Shown here piece after piece: positions 26,164 to 38,988 of a DNA stretch of 64,000 bases (position 1 is its first letter; the number at the start of each line of letters is the position of its first letter). The DNA is taken from contig NC_043009.1 in the NCBI RefSeq assembly GCF_006345805.1, positions 49,166,001-49,230,000 of the forward strand, in the 5' to 3' direction. This DNA comes from Octopus sinensis (taxonomy: Eukaryota). Both the position numbers and the translations under genes were made by a program. The notes beneath the pieces were generated by a model. The model was not told the origin of the DNA and searched no databases. It was given only the letters and a program-made list of their open reading frames with translations.

Positions 26164-26523
26164 GTGTGGTAAGTAGCTTGCTTACCAACCACATGGTTCC
26201 GGGTACAGTCCCACTGCGTGGCACCTTGGGCAAGTGTCTTCTACTATAGTCTCGGGCCGACCAAAGCCTTGTGAGTGGATTTGGTAGACGGAAACTGAAA
26301 GAAGCCCGTCGTATATATGTATATATATATATATATGTGTACGTGTATGTTTGTGTGTCTGTGTTTGTTCCTCTAGAATTGCTTGACAACCGATGCTGGT
26401 GTGTTTACGTCTCCGTCACTTAGCGGTTCGGCAAAAGAATCCCGGGGTCGAGTTGCTCGACTAAAGGCGGTGCTCCATCATGGCCGCAGTCAAATGACTG
26501 AAACAAGTAAAAGAGTAAAAGAG
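26164..26523 (+). mobile_element. SINE family A
   Basis: Head through the gtaaaagagtaaaagag tail. Confidence 0.9.
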
Positions 26524-26993
26524 GTATATATATATATTTCATTTAGCATATTCATTAAGTCATTATCCAATAGAGGGTGTTCGGACTGGATTAACAAGAT
26601 CACACTTAATTACATGTAGAAGTCAAAGGCAGATAATAAAAGTGGGGGAAGGTCATATAGTTCGATGATGGAAGAATAGATACTAGGATGGTTATTGAAA
26701 ATTATAGAGAATTTTAAGAATTAGGTTCTCCTCGGATCTGCATAAATTATCTGTGCGTAGGTGTGTATGAGTGTATGTGCGTGGATGTCTGTGTGAGCGT
26801 ATGTGTGTATGTGTGACTGTGTGTGTGTGTGTTTGCCTCCTACGGTCGTCAGGTATACAACTATATCAATACGTATATATATTTATATAAATATATATAA
26901 TATATATGCACAGAGACATATGCATATATATTTATGTGTATATGTACACACATACATATATACACACACACGCATATATGCATATTACACACA

Positions 26994-27029
<36 letters not shown>

Positions 27030-27388
27030 TATATGTATGTATTTATACGTACTTATATGCATGTACGTGTAGTCTCTCCCGCTCTCTCTCTCCCCCCCAT
27101 CTCTCTCTCTCTCTCTGTACATATGTATCTTTATATATTTATATATGTATATATATATATGTATACATATATGTATATATTTATATATATATTTATATAT
27201 ATATTATATATATATAATATAGATTATACATCATATATTACATATAAACACAAACACATATATACGTATACATATATATGTGTATGTATGCATGCATGTA
27301 TGAATGTATGTATGCATGTATGTATGTATGTATGCATGTATGTATGTATGTATGTATGTATGTATGTATGTATGTATGTATGTATGTA

Positions 27389-27419
<31 letters not shown>

Positions 27420-28321
27420 ATGTATGTATGTATGTGTGTATGTATAGGGTGGGTAGTCGTTGTCGTAATGAAGAGAACATAACAAGGTTTTAAGTTGATA
27501 GAATCCATCGCGACTTTGCTGGAAACTAGTTTTCCCGAAGCTCAACGAATTAAGCTCGCCAGAATCGTTAGTTATTTCAAAGCAACATTACTGCCTCTGT
27601 CCACACGAGACTTTGATCAAGTGCTGTACCTCACGAGTAAATGCTGTCCAAGAAATATTTTATTTAGTTACCGGTGTGTTCTTGTGAAATTTTCACTCGG
27701 CATTACTGTCTTTGAAATTCAGACTTTAATCAATCAATGAATGCGCAAAGGGAATTGAGTGATTGGCAGGTTTTAAACTTGACATGTCGGATGGAATGTA
27801 ACTTAGCTAAATCTAACTCCTTGCTGAACAGATGTTAGTGATGATGATGATGACTGCAGAAGGCGACGAGAAGGGGAATGTAGCTGTGAGCTTCTGCACA
27901 TGTTTCGTAATTCGGTATATACGTACCGTATGACTATATATATAACTGTGGCTGTGTGGTTAAGAAGAAAAGGGGGTTCGTTTTGAAAGTCTCTGGTTTC
28001 GGTTCAGTCTCAATACGCAGTACCTTGGGCCCCGGAGCTTTCGCTATAGTTCCGGGGGATGGAGGTGATACTTGGTAGAATTTTAAAATGCTACGTTTCT
28101 TGGGAATGAAAGGAGAGAAGGAGAGTGAGAGAGAGAGAGAAAGAGAGAGATTGAGAGATTGAGTAGTTTAGGGCAAAAATATCTGCGAATAGTGGAAGAG
28201 ATAGTGTCAAAGGTTGGAGCCTTGTTGGTTTGAAGCGAAAGAATATGTGAGTGTATAGCTCCAGTATGGCTGCATCCAATGACTGGAAAAACAAGTAAAA
28301 GAATATATATATATACTATAT

Positions 28322-28356
<35 letters not shown>

Positions 28357-28545
28357 ATTCATATACGAACACAACACACACAAACACATATAATATTATA
28401 TATATATACATTATACACATACATATACATATATATATACATATATAGGTATGTGTATGTGTAGAGATATATGGATATACGTATGTATATATATAATATA
28501 TATAATATATATATATATGCACATACATATATATATATACATAGC

Positions 28546-28585
<40 letters not shown>

Positions 28586-28668
28586 TATATGCATATTTTA
28601 TTATTATTATTATTATTGTATTATTATTATTATTGATTATTATTATTATTATATATTATTATTATTAT

Positions 28669-29112
28669 TGAGTGAGAGAGCAGTCATGCCATCAAAGTGA
28701 CACTGGGGTAAAATATACGAAGCCCAATACCCATCATGACTACCGTCTGATAAAGGTACCCAGGCACATGCCATCACAAACATATGTGCGCGACATGATG
28801 ATCTCATATCAAGATAACCAGCACATGACCTTGCAGGTGGGGCCCAGTTAGAATTTTCTTCAGGTTGAGTAGCCCATCCCGCTCAAAAGGTCCCTGAATA
28901 AGGGTTATTTAAGGATGTTGAACGAAACACCCATGTTTCCAAGAGGTGAATTATTCAAACCCAAAGAATCCCTCTCAACACATGGCTATGATGCTCCCCC
29001 ACTACTTCTGCTCATGATCAGAGATGCACATATCGTCAGCCACTAAGGGAAATGCTCAACTGGTTAAGGTCAAACAATTGACAAGCAAATCTGTGGTATT
29101 GAGCAGAATATT
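28669..29112 (-). mobile_element. Retroposon family G flanked by (TTA)n on both sides
   Basis: Its 3' ~100 bp recurs at 57581-57680 (gagtgagagagcag...atgccatcaaagtgacactggggtaaaatata). Confidence 0.7.
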
Positions 29113-29227
29113 TTATTATTATTATTATTGCCCGGACTTGTACTTCGGGGGGTGACTTTCAAGGTGCAATCCTATGGTCAGTCATGACCGAGGGGGTCTC
29201 ACCAATTTATGTATGTATGTATATGTA

Positions 29228-30090
29228 CGAAGTGCATTCTAAACGTTTTGAGACTAGTTTAGCAGTTTTATCAGTCCCAGAGTATTATAACTTTACAGCA
29301 TCATTACAATACATCGAATAAGCTGACCTGTCAACTTTTGTTATTCCAGATTGAAAGAGAAGGCTGTAACACCTTTTCGAATACAGCTGGCTAAACACTG
29401 CTTGTCACAGTTGACTAGTTTGCAAAATTCAATCGGGACCGGAAGACAATATGGAAGATCACTATGCAATAAAGTTTGTTTTGAACGGAGCAAAAACGCA
29501 ACGATAACTTATGAAATGCTCCAAACTGCTTATGGGTTAACTTGTATGAGCTGAGGCTCTGATTTTTGTTGCTGCAAGGGGCCAAGGAAAACAGGTCTAC
29601 CGGAAAGTTCATGGTGATGATCCGATTTTTTAACAGCAAGGGTATCAGCTACATCTATGGGGTTCCCGCTGACCAGACGGTTAATAAAGAATACTTTGTG
29701 GCAGTTTTAAGATAGCTTAGGAAGAGATTTCTTCACAAAATGCCAGAGCAACGGCACCGAGACAGCGCAGCAGTCTGCAATTCTATTCTGGTAACGAACC
29801 ACTTGACAGAAATAGGCATCAAAACTGTTCCTCGCCCTCCCTACATTCCAGACCTTGCTTCCTGACTTTTGGTTCTTCCTGAAGTTGAAGAAAACGATGG
29901 AGGCTGCGGCAAAGGCTTGGGACAACTTTACATTGGAAGACTTCCATCGAACCTTCACGAAGTGGTTTCAATCATTACATGAGTGCAACTGAAGCCAAGG
30001 GATCCTACTTCATGGGAGAATAGACTTTTGTACTTCTTTGAAATGAATATCTCTTCGGACGAAGTCTCAAGACTTCTGGAATGCACCTTG
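29228..30090 (+). mobile_element. Internally deleted mariner (DD34D-type) transposon
   Basis: 28-bp TIRs (22/28 identical), TA on both sides. Relic frames EMLQTAYG, PADQTVNKEYFVAVL, TVPRPPYIPDLA (HPPYSPDLAP motif). Confidence 0.88.
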
Positions 30091-30194
30091 TATCTATCTA
30101 TTGCGTATAGACATATCTACATGCTTATGTATGTACATCTTTCTAGCTACTTTATCTATTTATGTACGTATATTCTTTATTCTTTATTCTTATA

Positions 30195-30581
30195 TTTGCT
30201 TTAGTCCTTTGACTGCGGCCATGTGGAGCTCTGCCTTTTGTCGAAGAAAGCGACCCCGGGATTTATTCTTTGTAAGCCTTGTACTTACTCTATCGGTCAC
30301 TTTTGCCGAACCGCTAACTTACGAGGACAAAGACACGCCACTATCGGTTGTCAAGCAATGGTGGTGGAGACAAACACAGACACGCAAACGCACATACATA
30401 TAAATATATATATATATATACAATCCAAGCCGGGATTCTTTCAGTTTCCGTCTACCAAATCTACTCACAAGGCTTTGGTCGTCTCGAAGCTATAGTAAAA
30501 GACACTTGCCCAAGGTGCCACGCAGTGGGACTGATCCCGGTTGGTAAACAAGCTACTTACCACACAGCCACTCCTGAGCCT
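30195..30581 (-). mobile_element. SINE family A
   Basis: Reverse complement of the family A consensus seen in this window. Confidence 0.85.
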
Positions 30582-30620
30582 ATATATATATATATATAGA
30601 TATATATATATATATATATC

Positions 30621-30651
<31 letters not shown>

Positions 30652-30683
30652 AATGTATGTATATGGTATATGTATATGGTGCA

Positions 30684-30715
<32 letters not shown>

Positions 30716-30990
30716 ATTAATTAATAAGGGTGAGAGAATAGATACTAATTTAATAGTATATCTATTCAAACACCAAGTGGCCTAGTGCTCCGAGAAACCT
30801 GGATTATTATAATATTTTATAATATATTATAATATTTTACAAAATAAATATAAGAGAGTGGGCACTATTGGTTCACTCTAGCACCAGTAATCCAAAAGGT
30901 TTCAACCACAAAAATACATGTTTCCCATGAAAGTCAGTACGATTTTAGCTCACACGGACAGGGCAAATAAAAAAAACAAAATACAGATTA

Positions 30991-31066
30991 TTTTGGACAA
31001 TTGTTTCGCATAATGATTAAATGTAATTTTACTTACAAAAAATCCACTTGTAGCTCGTCAGCCAAA
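30991..31066 (-). ncRNA. Second, inverted hammerhead copy with weaker stems
   Basis: Reverse complement reads UUUGG-CUGACGA-GCUA...UGC-GAAAC-AAUU-GUC-CAAAA, with palindromic stem III ACAAUUGU. Confidence 0.55.
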
Positions 31067-31196
31067 CTATCTGGATGAAATCCACTCAATCACACGCCAG
31101 ATTTCACCATAACGATAAATACGCGTGTGGTTCAATTGATTACATCCGACGTTATCGTTATGGTAAAATCTGGAGTGTGATTGAGTGGATTTCATC

Positions 31197-31291
31197 CAGA
31201 TAGTTTTGGCTGACGAGCTACAAGTGGATTTTTTTGTAAGTAAAATTACATTTAATTCATTAATAGCGAAACAATGTCCCAAAATAATCTG
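31197..31291 (+). ncRNA. Type I hammerhead ribozyme motif, intact core, long loop II
   Basis: UUUUGG-CUGACGA-GCUA-(43 nt)-UAGC-GAAAC-AAU-GUC/CCAAAA; stem I extends via CAGAU (31197-31201) with AUCUG (31287-31291). Predicted cleavage after C31278. Confidence 0.75.
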
Positions 31292-32088
31292 TATTTTTGT
31301 CTATTTTTATTTGCCCTGTCCGTGTAGCTAACAATCGTACTGACTTTCATGGGAAACATGTTTTTGTGGTTGAAACCTTTTGGATTAAACTGGTGCTAGA
31401 GTGAACCATATAGTGACCACTCTCTTATATTTATTATATATATATATATTATATATATATTATATATATATATAATATATATATATATATATTGTAAGTG
31501 TACGTATGTGTGTGTGTGTGTAATGCTCTTATATTCGCAATATGCTGTAGAAAGATGATGTTACGTTCTTAGAAAATATGCATAAAAATACGCTTGTGAG
31601 TCTTGGTCGTCAGTGATTTACTGGAGAGTCTCATACGAGAAGGCGAAGAGATTTTATACACAAGACAAACATTGTAAAATGTCATAAACATCCGAAATAT
31701 TTATGATTCAGATACATTCAAGCTTACGTGTAAAATTTTTACATTAGACTTTCTAGACTCAGACATTAACAATAAAAATATAATTTGAAATGAAAATGCA
31801 GAAAGAAGCTATTATAGGTACTACAGACATAAAATATTTTGCAAATGCAACGAGGACATTACTTTGTATGCTGTACAGCTTTAGTAGAGAACTCCATAAT
31901 GCTCCGAGCGATATGTGTGTATGTGGTGTTGTATCCATGTATGTATGTATGTATGTATGTGTGTATGTATGTATGTATGTATGTATGTATAAACCATTTT
32001 TAATGTATATAAAAACGTCGAGCAGTACTAGTCGTGATATTTTTTTGTCCCAGAGACTTCTCTTAAGAGACGCAGAGTACTCTAAATA

Positions 32089-32981
32089 TGAGGTCTGATC
32101 AATAAGTATCTGGACTGTTGCCATAATAACGAAGTAAACCACGCAAAGTGAAGACGCTGGACAAAGATTGACCTTGAACTCTGTTGTGCATGCGCATTAA
32201 CTTTTAACGTTCTAGCTCAATTCCGCTGTTTACGGCATTGCTGGGAAGGAAGGTGTGTAGCGTGTGATCGTCGTATTGACAATGACAGAGAAAGTTGTCA
32301 CGGCGATACCTGCTCAGAAGCCTACGCAAAGTAGTGTGTAGTGTATGGGGAGGAGTGTATGAGCTGCACACAAGTGTGCAAGGGATTCAGACGTTTATAA
32401 GATGACCGAAAAATTGTCGATATTGACGAACGTTCTGGGAGATACGTAACCAGCAGAACTGATAAAAACATCGCAGACACATGTGCAGCTATGAGGGGAA
32501 ATCGTCGAATAGCCATCCGTGAGTTATCAGAGGATGTGCAGATTAGTTATGGTTCGGTTCAGTCCATTATCACTGAAGAATTGGGTACGAGACGCGTGTC
32601 TGCCAAGTTTTTACGAAAACTGTTTACGGCTGACCAAAAAGACAGTCGGGCTACAGTTGCACAAGATCTCCTTGTTTGTATCGAGAACGATGAAAATATT
32701 TTGAAAACTTTGCGTAGATCTCTGAACAGGTATCGCCAAGCTTTTGGCAAAATTTGATGCAGATTCTATGCTCAACTTTCTCTGTCATGGTAAATGCGAC
32801 GATCACACACTACACACCTTCCTTCCAAGCACTGCTGTAAACAGGAGAAGTGAACTACACCGTTAAAATTTAGTGCGTATGCACAGCAGAGTCAAGGTCA
32901 ATCTATGCCAAGCGGCTTCGATCTGCTTGCTTTAGCTTTGTTACTATGGCAACAGCCCAGATACTTATTGGTCAGACCACG
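32089..32981. mobile_element. Mariner derivative built from two inverted 5' ends
   Basis: TA on both sides; inverted homology 32089-32331 and 32707-32981 includes the start ATGACAGAGAAAGTTG. Internal relic RRIAIRELSEDVQISYGSVQSIITEELGTRRVSAKF. Confidence 0.85.
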
Positions 32982-33082
32982 TACAAAGTGATTTAACATG
33001 AACCCAGTGGTTCGTAGAGTCGCCGGTGTATCAGACTGATTTGGTCGCCTCATCGACGAAGACGCCCAAAGCATTCTTTTGG

Positions 33083-33197
33083 AATTTTTTATATGTGTGT
33101 TTGTTTGTGTGTGTGTGGTGTATGTGTGTGTTTTGTGTGTGTGTGTGTTGTGTGTTTGTGTGTGTGTGTGTGTTGTTTGTGTGTGTGTGGTGTATGT

Positions 33198-33236
<39 letters not shown>

Positions 33237-33264
33237 TGTGTGTGTTTGTTTGTGTGTGTTTGTG

Positions 33265-33331
<67 letters not shown>

Positions 33332-33615
33332 TTTGTGTGTGTGTGGTGTATGTGTGTGTTTGTGGTGTGTGTGTGTGTGTGTGTGTTTGTTGGTGTGTGT
33401 GTGGTGTATGTGTGTGTTGTGTGTGTGTGTGTGTGTGGTTTGTTTGTGTGTGTGTGGTGTATGGTGTGTTTGTGATGTGTGTGTGTGTGTGTGTGTTGTT
33501 TGTTTGTGTGTGTGTGTGTGTGTGTGTGTTGTTTGTTGTTGTGTGGTGGTGTATGTGTGTGTTTGTGGTGTGTGGTGTGTGTGTGTGTTGTGTGTGTGTT
33601 TTGTTTGTGTGTGTT

Positions 33616-33651
<36 letters not shown>

Positions 33652-33701
33652 GTGTGTGTGTTGTTGTGTGTGTGTGTGTGTTGTTTGTTTGTGTGTGTGT
33701 G

Positions 33702-33738
<37 letters not shown>

Positions 33739-33750
33739 TGTGTGTGTGTA
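33083..33750. repeat. Degenerate (GT)n array with ggtgtat/gtttgt sub-units
   Basis: About 670 bp of interrupted GT repeats. Confidence 0.95.
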
Positions 33751-34246
33751 AGTATTTATGCATGATTTTTTAAAAAGTTTAATTAAAGTTCTTGAGAGAG
33801 TTCAAGCTAACAAATCAACATGACTTTTTGAATTAAGAGATTTCCCAGTGTTTGTAGATATGTAGTCGAGTTAGTTGAACAATTGATGCATACACACCCA
33901 CGTGTGTGAATCTATTCACATAAGAATCTCAGATAGGGAATCTTTAGAATGCTTCACACATCTTCACCATGACACTAATAGATTGGATTTGGAGAATCCG
34001 CGCCAGTTTCTCTTGCTCTTTTTTTCGTAAAACCGAGTATTTCTAGGTTTTGTGCAAATTTGAAAATGCACCTATGATTATAGGTACAAGTGAGGACTCG
34101 TGGCCAAGATACAACAGCATATGTAAGTTTGTATGTATGTATGTATATTATGTATTATGTAATGTATGTATGAGTATGTATTATGTATGTATGTATGTAT
34201 GTATGTATGTATGTATATTTAAATGATGTTATATATAAATATATAT

Positions 34247-34292
<46 letters not shown>

Positions 34293-34699
34293 ATAGGGCC
34301 TGCTCGCTTAGCCAGCGGGGTGGCGTCATTTGAAGGATAAAACAATGCGAACGCATTTGACCACGCGATGTGTAACAACATCTGATGGTCTGGTCGGTCC
34401 CGTGGTCCCGTGATATATTATATATATATACATATATATATATATCCATACATAAATATATATATATGAATATATAAATATAGATATATATATTTATATA
34501 TATAAATAAAATTAAGAATATAGATATATAGATATACATATAAAGAAGGCTGGATGGTATATCAGCCGAAACGTTGTATTAACAACAAACAAGATGAAGA
34601 CAAATATCCGTCGAATGTAAATAGTGTAAATAATGAAATTTGTGTAATTAAAGAAAAATTTAAACAAAGAATCAACAAAAAAAAGAAAAGCGTGTCATT

Positions 34700-37444
34700 T
34701 TTCATATACCACCGTAGGCTATTTTCCTCTGTTTTCATACAGTCTTGGCAACTGATCAAAACTCTCCTACCCTTTCTTCTGGACAAGTACAGCCTATCGG
34801 ATCGGTGTCACTCTTAGAGTGGAACGCTCCGTGTACTGTCAACATTTTTACTGGTCTTGTTATCCATTTTCTTCACTTCTCTCTTTTGCCATTTTATAAT
34901 TCCCGCTCCATACGGAAATGATGTTATCGCCCACGTACTAACTGTTTAGATTTTATTCCATCCAGTCAATTTTGAGCACTACACCAACCTCAGTCTTCGG
35001 AAATATTCTATCTTCAGTTGCTCTTTCATTTCCTGTTCCACTATCTCGTTGGACTCTATTTCACCAAGGTATTTGTTTTCTTCCTTATCAGTTTGCTTAA
35101 TTTTGTCCCTGCTATGGACTGTGCTTTGCCTCTTTTTAGGTAGATTATCCTGCACTTCTTGAATCCAAATTCCATTCTAATATCAGTACTAAAATAGTGG
35201 ACCGTGTTCAGCAAGGAACTCACTTGTGTCTCATCTTTGCCATACAGTTTCAAATCATAAATGAAGTGAAAATGATTGATTGTTTGGGAATTTTCCTTTA
35301 GTTTATATCCCAGGTGCATTTTCCTAACTTCCAAGATCAGGGGTAGCATGCAGAGAACAGAAAGCAACGGAGATAGGCTATCACCCTGGAAAATACCTTT
35401 TCTGATACCCAGGATGCTCAAGCTTTTTCCTTAAGACGTCCGTTCAGTTTTCCATCCCATCATACTTCTCTTCAGGAAACACATTTAATTCCTCGCAGTT
35501 CCACACAGATCTAAGCACTCCATGATCCACGAATGTGGAATCATATCATAAGCTTTGCGATATTTAATCTAGGCCATTCCCAGATTTATTCTCCTTCGTT
35601 TACAATCTTGCGTCTCCATTTTGTCTATCAATAGTTGACTTTTGGTACCTCTACATCTCATTCTACAGCCTTTTTGTTCCGTCGGTAATATATTCTTTTC
35701 TACTCTAGGTGCAAAGCCCGAAATTTGGGGGGAAGGGGCTAGTAGATTAGATCGACCCCAGTACTTAATTTATTGGTACTGGTACTTTATTTATTGACCC
35801 TGAAAGGATGAAAGGAAAAGTCGACCTCAGCGGAATTTGAACCCAGAACGTTCCTGCCAGCTCGCCGTCGGTAATATATCTTTCTCATTAAGAAATTTAT
35901 ACAGTCCTTCTACAATTCCTCCTGACAGTAACTTCCACATTAATGGGTTGCAGGAAATTACTTTGTAATTGTCAGCAGCATTTCCTTTTGATGCATCATT
36001 CAGGCACAACACCGTTCGTCCTTTTGTCAACCAGCCCAGGACTTCTTCTCCATTGATCAATGCATTAAATTGCTCTGCGATCAATTTATGGCAACTGTTG
36101 AACTTTTCTATCCCAAATCCCTGTACATCATCAGGTCCTGCTATTTTCCAATTGCTTGTCTTTTTACTCATATTTTTGATATTACCATCTGTGAAGTGGA
36201 TAGCCTGTTGTTGGAGATAAGAAGCTGTTGTATTATGTTGTTCTTGCTTACTCCATATCTGACCCCAGAAAAGTTGACTTTCATCAGCATCAGGGACTAA
36301 TCTTTCACGTATTTTATCATCATTACTCTCTTGGTAAAATCTTTTTTGGTTGGTTCTAAACAATTTGCTTTGCTGGCATTGCTTAATCCGTTGTTCAAAG
36401 CTAATTAGCTTTGCTTTTTTTTCATGTATGCACAGCTTCAGTTCTTCAGTTACAACATTGAAGCCTTTTGTATCTACACCATAATTCTTAAATCCTTAAA
36501 TCCTTAAAAATGTTTTAGCCCGAAGTCCGCGGCCATGCTGGGGCACCACCGAATTTCCATTCATTCTTACGTTTCTCCATTTCTTTTCCTGACAAGTATT
36601 AACGCTACACTGTCCAAGGGGTTTATATCTTCAGAAATGTTCCTTTTCCACCACGGTTGGTTATTTCCTCTTCTATCCGTCGTTGTTCTATTATCATTAG
36701 TTTTCAGTCCCATCCTTTCCACCAGAATTTTACCAGCAGCCTCAATAAGATTATTTATTTGTGTGATGTTCTTTGTTTCAACACGTCTCAATACATTATT
36801 GACTTTACTCGTCTCTTGATTTAGTCTCCATTGGTTAGCCTTCTTAAAGTCGCACATAAATTCTGTCCCTTCTGTATTTCATAGATCCACAATTCTTTCT
36901 ACTATCAATCGATCTTCATTATTTGAGTAGTCTCTGATCTCAATTCGTTCACAATTTACGGTATTATATTCTTGCGAACAATTGTCCATCTCCTCCACTA
37001 TAACATTTTCGTTTCTCGTATGGCCGGCATCACCCGATGTCCTTCTTTTAATAGCTCCTAGCTCTAATTCGGTTAACCATTCAATCTTTCGTATTGCCCT
37101 TGCTTGGTCACATAATCTCCGTTCAGTAATTTCAAACAGTTCCATTGCCTTCCATTCACTGTGCATTCATTTTCTGTACTCTCTGACAGGCACGCCATTC
37201 GCATCCACTACGGTGCTCCGGTAGCAACACTCCATAACCATCATGATTATTTGTTTACTCCTCTTATTTCTTGAATCATGGCTAGCAGTTGCTAGATTAA
37301 GACTGGGCCCACTCTGCTGCACACCTCATTTGTGAGTGAAAATGCCAAACAAAATAGATGACGATAACGGTGTGAACGGGACTGGTGAAGGTGCCGCACT
37401 CGGAAGGTGCTCCACTGTGCAGCAGAGTGGGCCCAGTCTTAATC
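34700..37444 (-). mobile_element. R4/Dong-type non-LTR retrotransposon relic (N-terminus through RT and thumb), 5' end inverted
   Basis: Relic frames [86 protein letters not shown]; many stops and frameshifts; small SINE pieces inserted near 35700-35870 and 36495-36550. Confidence 0.85.
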
Positions 37445-37808
37445 CAGTGTATTGGTATATGTCTGTGTTTGTACCCCAATACCGCTTGACAACCGGTGAC
37501 AAGTATTAACGCTACACTGTCCAAGGAGTTTATATCTTCAGAAATTCTCCTTTTCCACCACATTTGTTTATTTCCTCTTCTATCCATCGTTGTTCTATTA
37601 TCATTAGTTTTCAGTCCCATCCCAGTCTGTGTTTGTACCCCAAGACCGCTTGACAACCAGTGTTGGTGTGTTTGCGTCCCCCGTAACATAGCAGTTCGGC
37701 AAAAGAAACAGATAGAATAAATACCAGTCATTAACAAAACAAAACAAATCAAAAAAAGAAAATAAATAGCTGGAGTCGATTGGTTCGTAGGCATCGAACT
37801 ATAAACGT

Positions 37809-38037
37809 ATTTCTTTATAATCCACAAGGAGCTAAACAGAAGGGACAAACAAGGACATACATAGGTATTAAGTCGATTACATCGACCCCAGTGCGTAACT
37901 GGTACTTAATTTATCGACCCCGAAAGGATGAAAGGTAAAGTCGACCACGGTGGAATTTGAACTCACAACGTAACGGCAGACGAAATACCGCTAAGCATTT
38001 CGCCCGACGTGCTAACGTTTCTACCAGCTCTCCGCCT
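37809..38037 (-). mobile_element. SINE family B
   Basis: Reverse complement of 2499-2735-type sequence. Confidence 0.9.
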
Positions 38038-38229
38038 ATAAACCACTCCGGCCATCCTACACTCAGTTGTTATCAACTATGTAGGTCAAGAGAAGGCACG
38101 ACTCGCTTCTTTAAGGGGTCATAAATATGTCTTGTAAGGTCATAATGTATTGTCAGAAATATTTCCTTGTCCAACGTGATTATCAAGGTGCTCAGTCAAA
38201 TGAGTAGAATTTTAAAATAAATAAATGAA

Positions 38230-38268
<39 letters not shown>

Positions 38269-38522
38269 GGAAATAAACCTGTCTTGGTCAGATTTTGGCC
38301 AATTCAATGAATGGACCGTTCGTATATTTATTTATTTGTTTATTTAATTTTTTGTTTGTTTGTTGGGGTTTTTTTTTTTTCTTATTTCATGAAAGTACTT
38401 ACTAGACTGCGAACGTAGTGCTATGAACATGATGCGGATGATGATGATGATGACGACGACGATGACGATGATGATTGACGATGATGACAGAGAAGAAGAA
38501 GAAGAAGAAGAAGAAGAAGAAG

Positions 38523-38553
<31 letters not shown>

Positions 38554-38937
38554 GCAGCAGCAGCAGCAGCAGTAACGATGACGACGGGGAGAAGGAGGGA
38601 GGAGGAGGAGGAAGAAGAAGAGGAGGAGGAGGAGGAGGAAGAAGAAGAAGAAGAAGAAGAAGAGGAGGAGGAGGAGGAGGAGGAGGAAGAGGAGGAGGAA
38701 AAATAGGAGGGAGATGACAAGGAAGCGAAGGAAGGAAAGAAGAGGGCCGGGAGGAGGGAGGGAGAGTAGGAAGCCGAGGAGGTGGACGGGGGGGGGGGCG
38801 AAAGACGACGAAAGCGAAAGAAAAACGGAAAAGAAACAAAAAGGAGAAAAGGACAAGAAGAGGATTGATTAAATTGACGCAATAAATATATATATATATG
38901 TGTGTGTATGTATATGTATGAATGTATATGTATGTAT

Positions 38938-38988
<51 letters not shown>

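Larger units (their letters stand above)
30714..31435. mobile_element. PLE-type inverted pLTR (foldback) element between (TA)n tracts
   Basis: Arms 30843-31118 and 31152-31435, 33-bp spacer; each arm contains an HHR motif. Confidence 0.8.

Noticed and set aside
27480-27900. Unique non-repetitive stretch as a host exon or enhancer (also 39100-39240 and 40140-40330)
   Set aside because: No recognisable protein motif or splice-consistent frame; TAAT/TGAT motifs are expected by chance in AT-rich DNA. Needs conservation data.
29000-29112. HDV-like ribozyme at the 5' end of family G (ttctgctc/gagccagaa pairing)
   Set aside because: A long-range stem exists but the P1, P3 and L3 elements of the nested pseudoknot could not be assigned.
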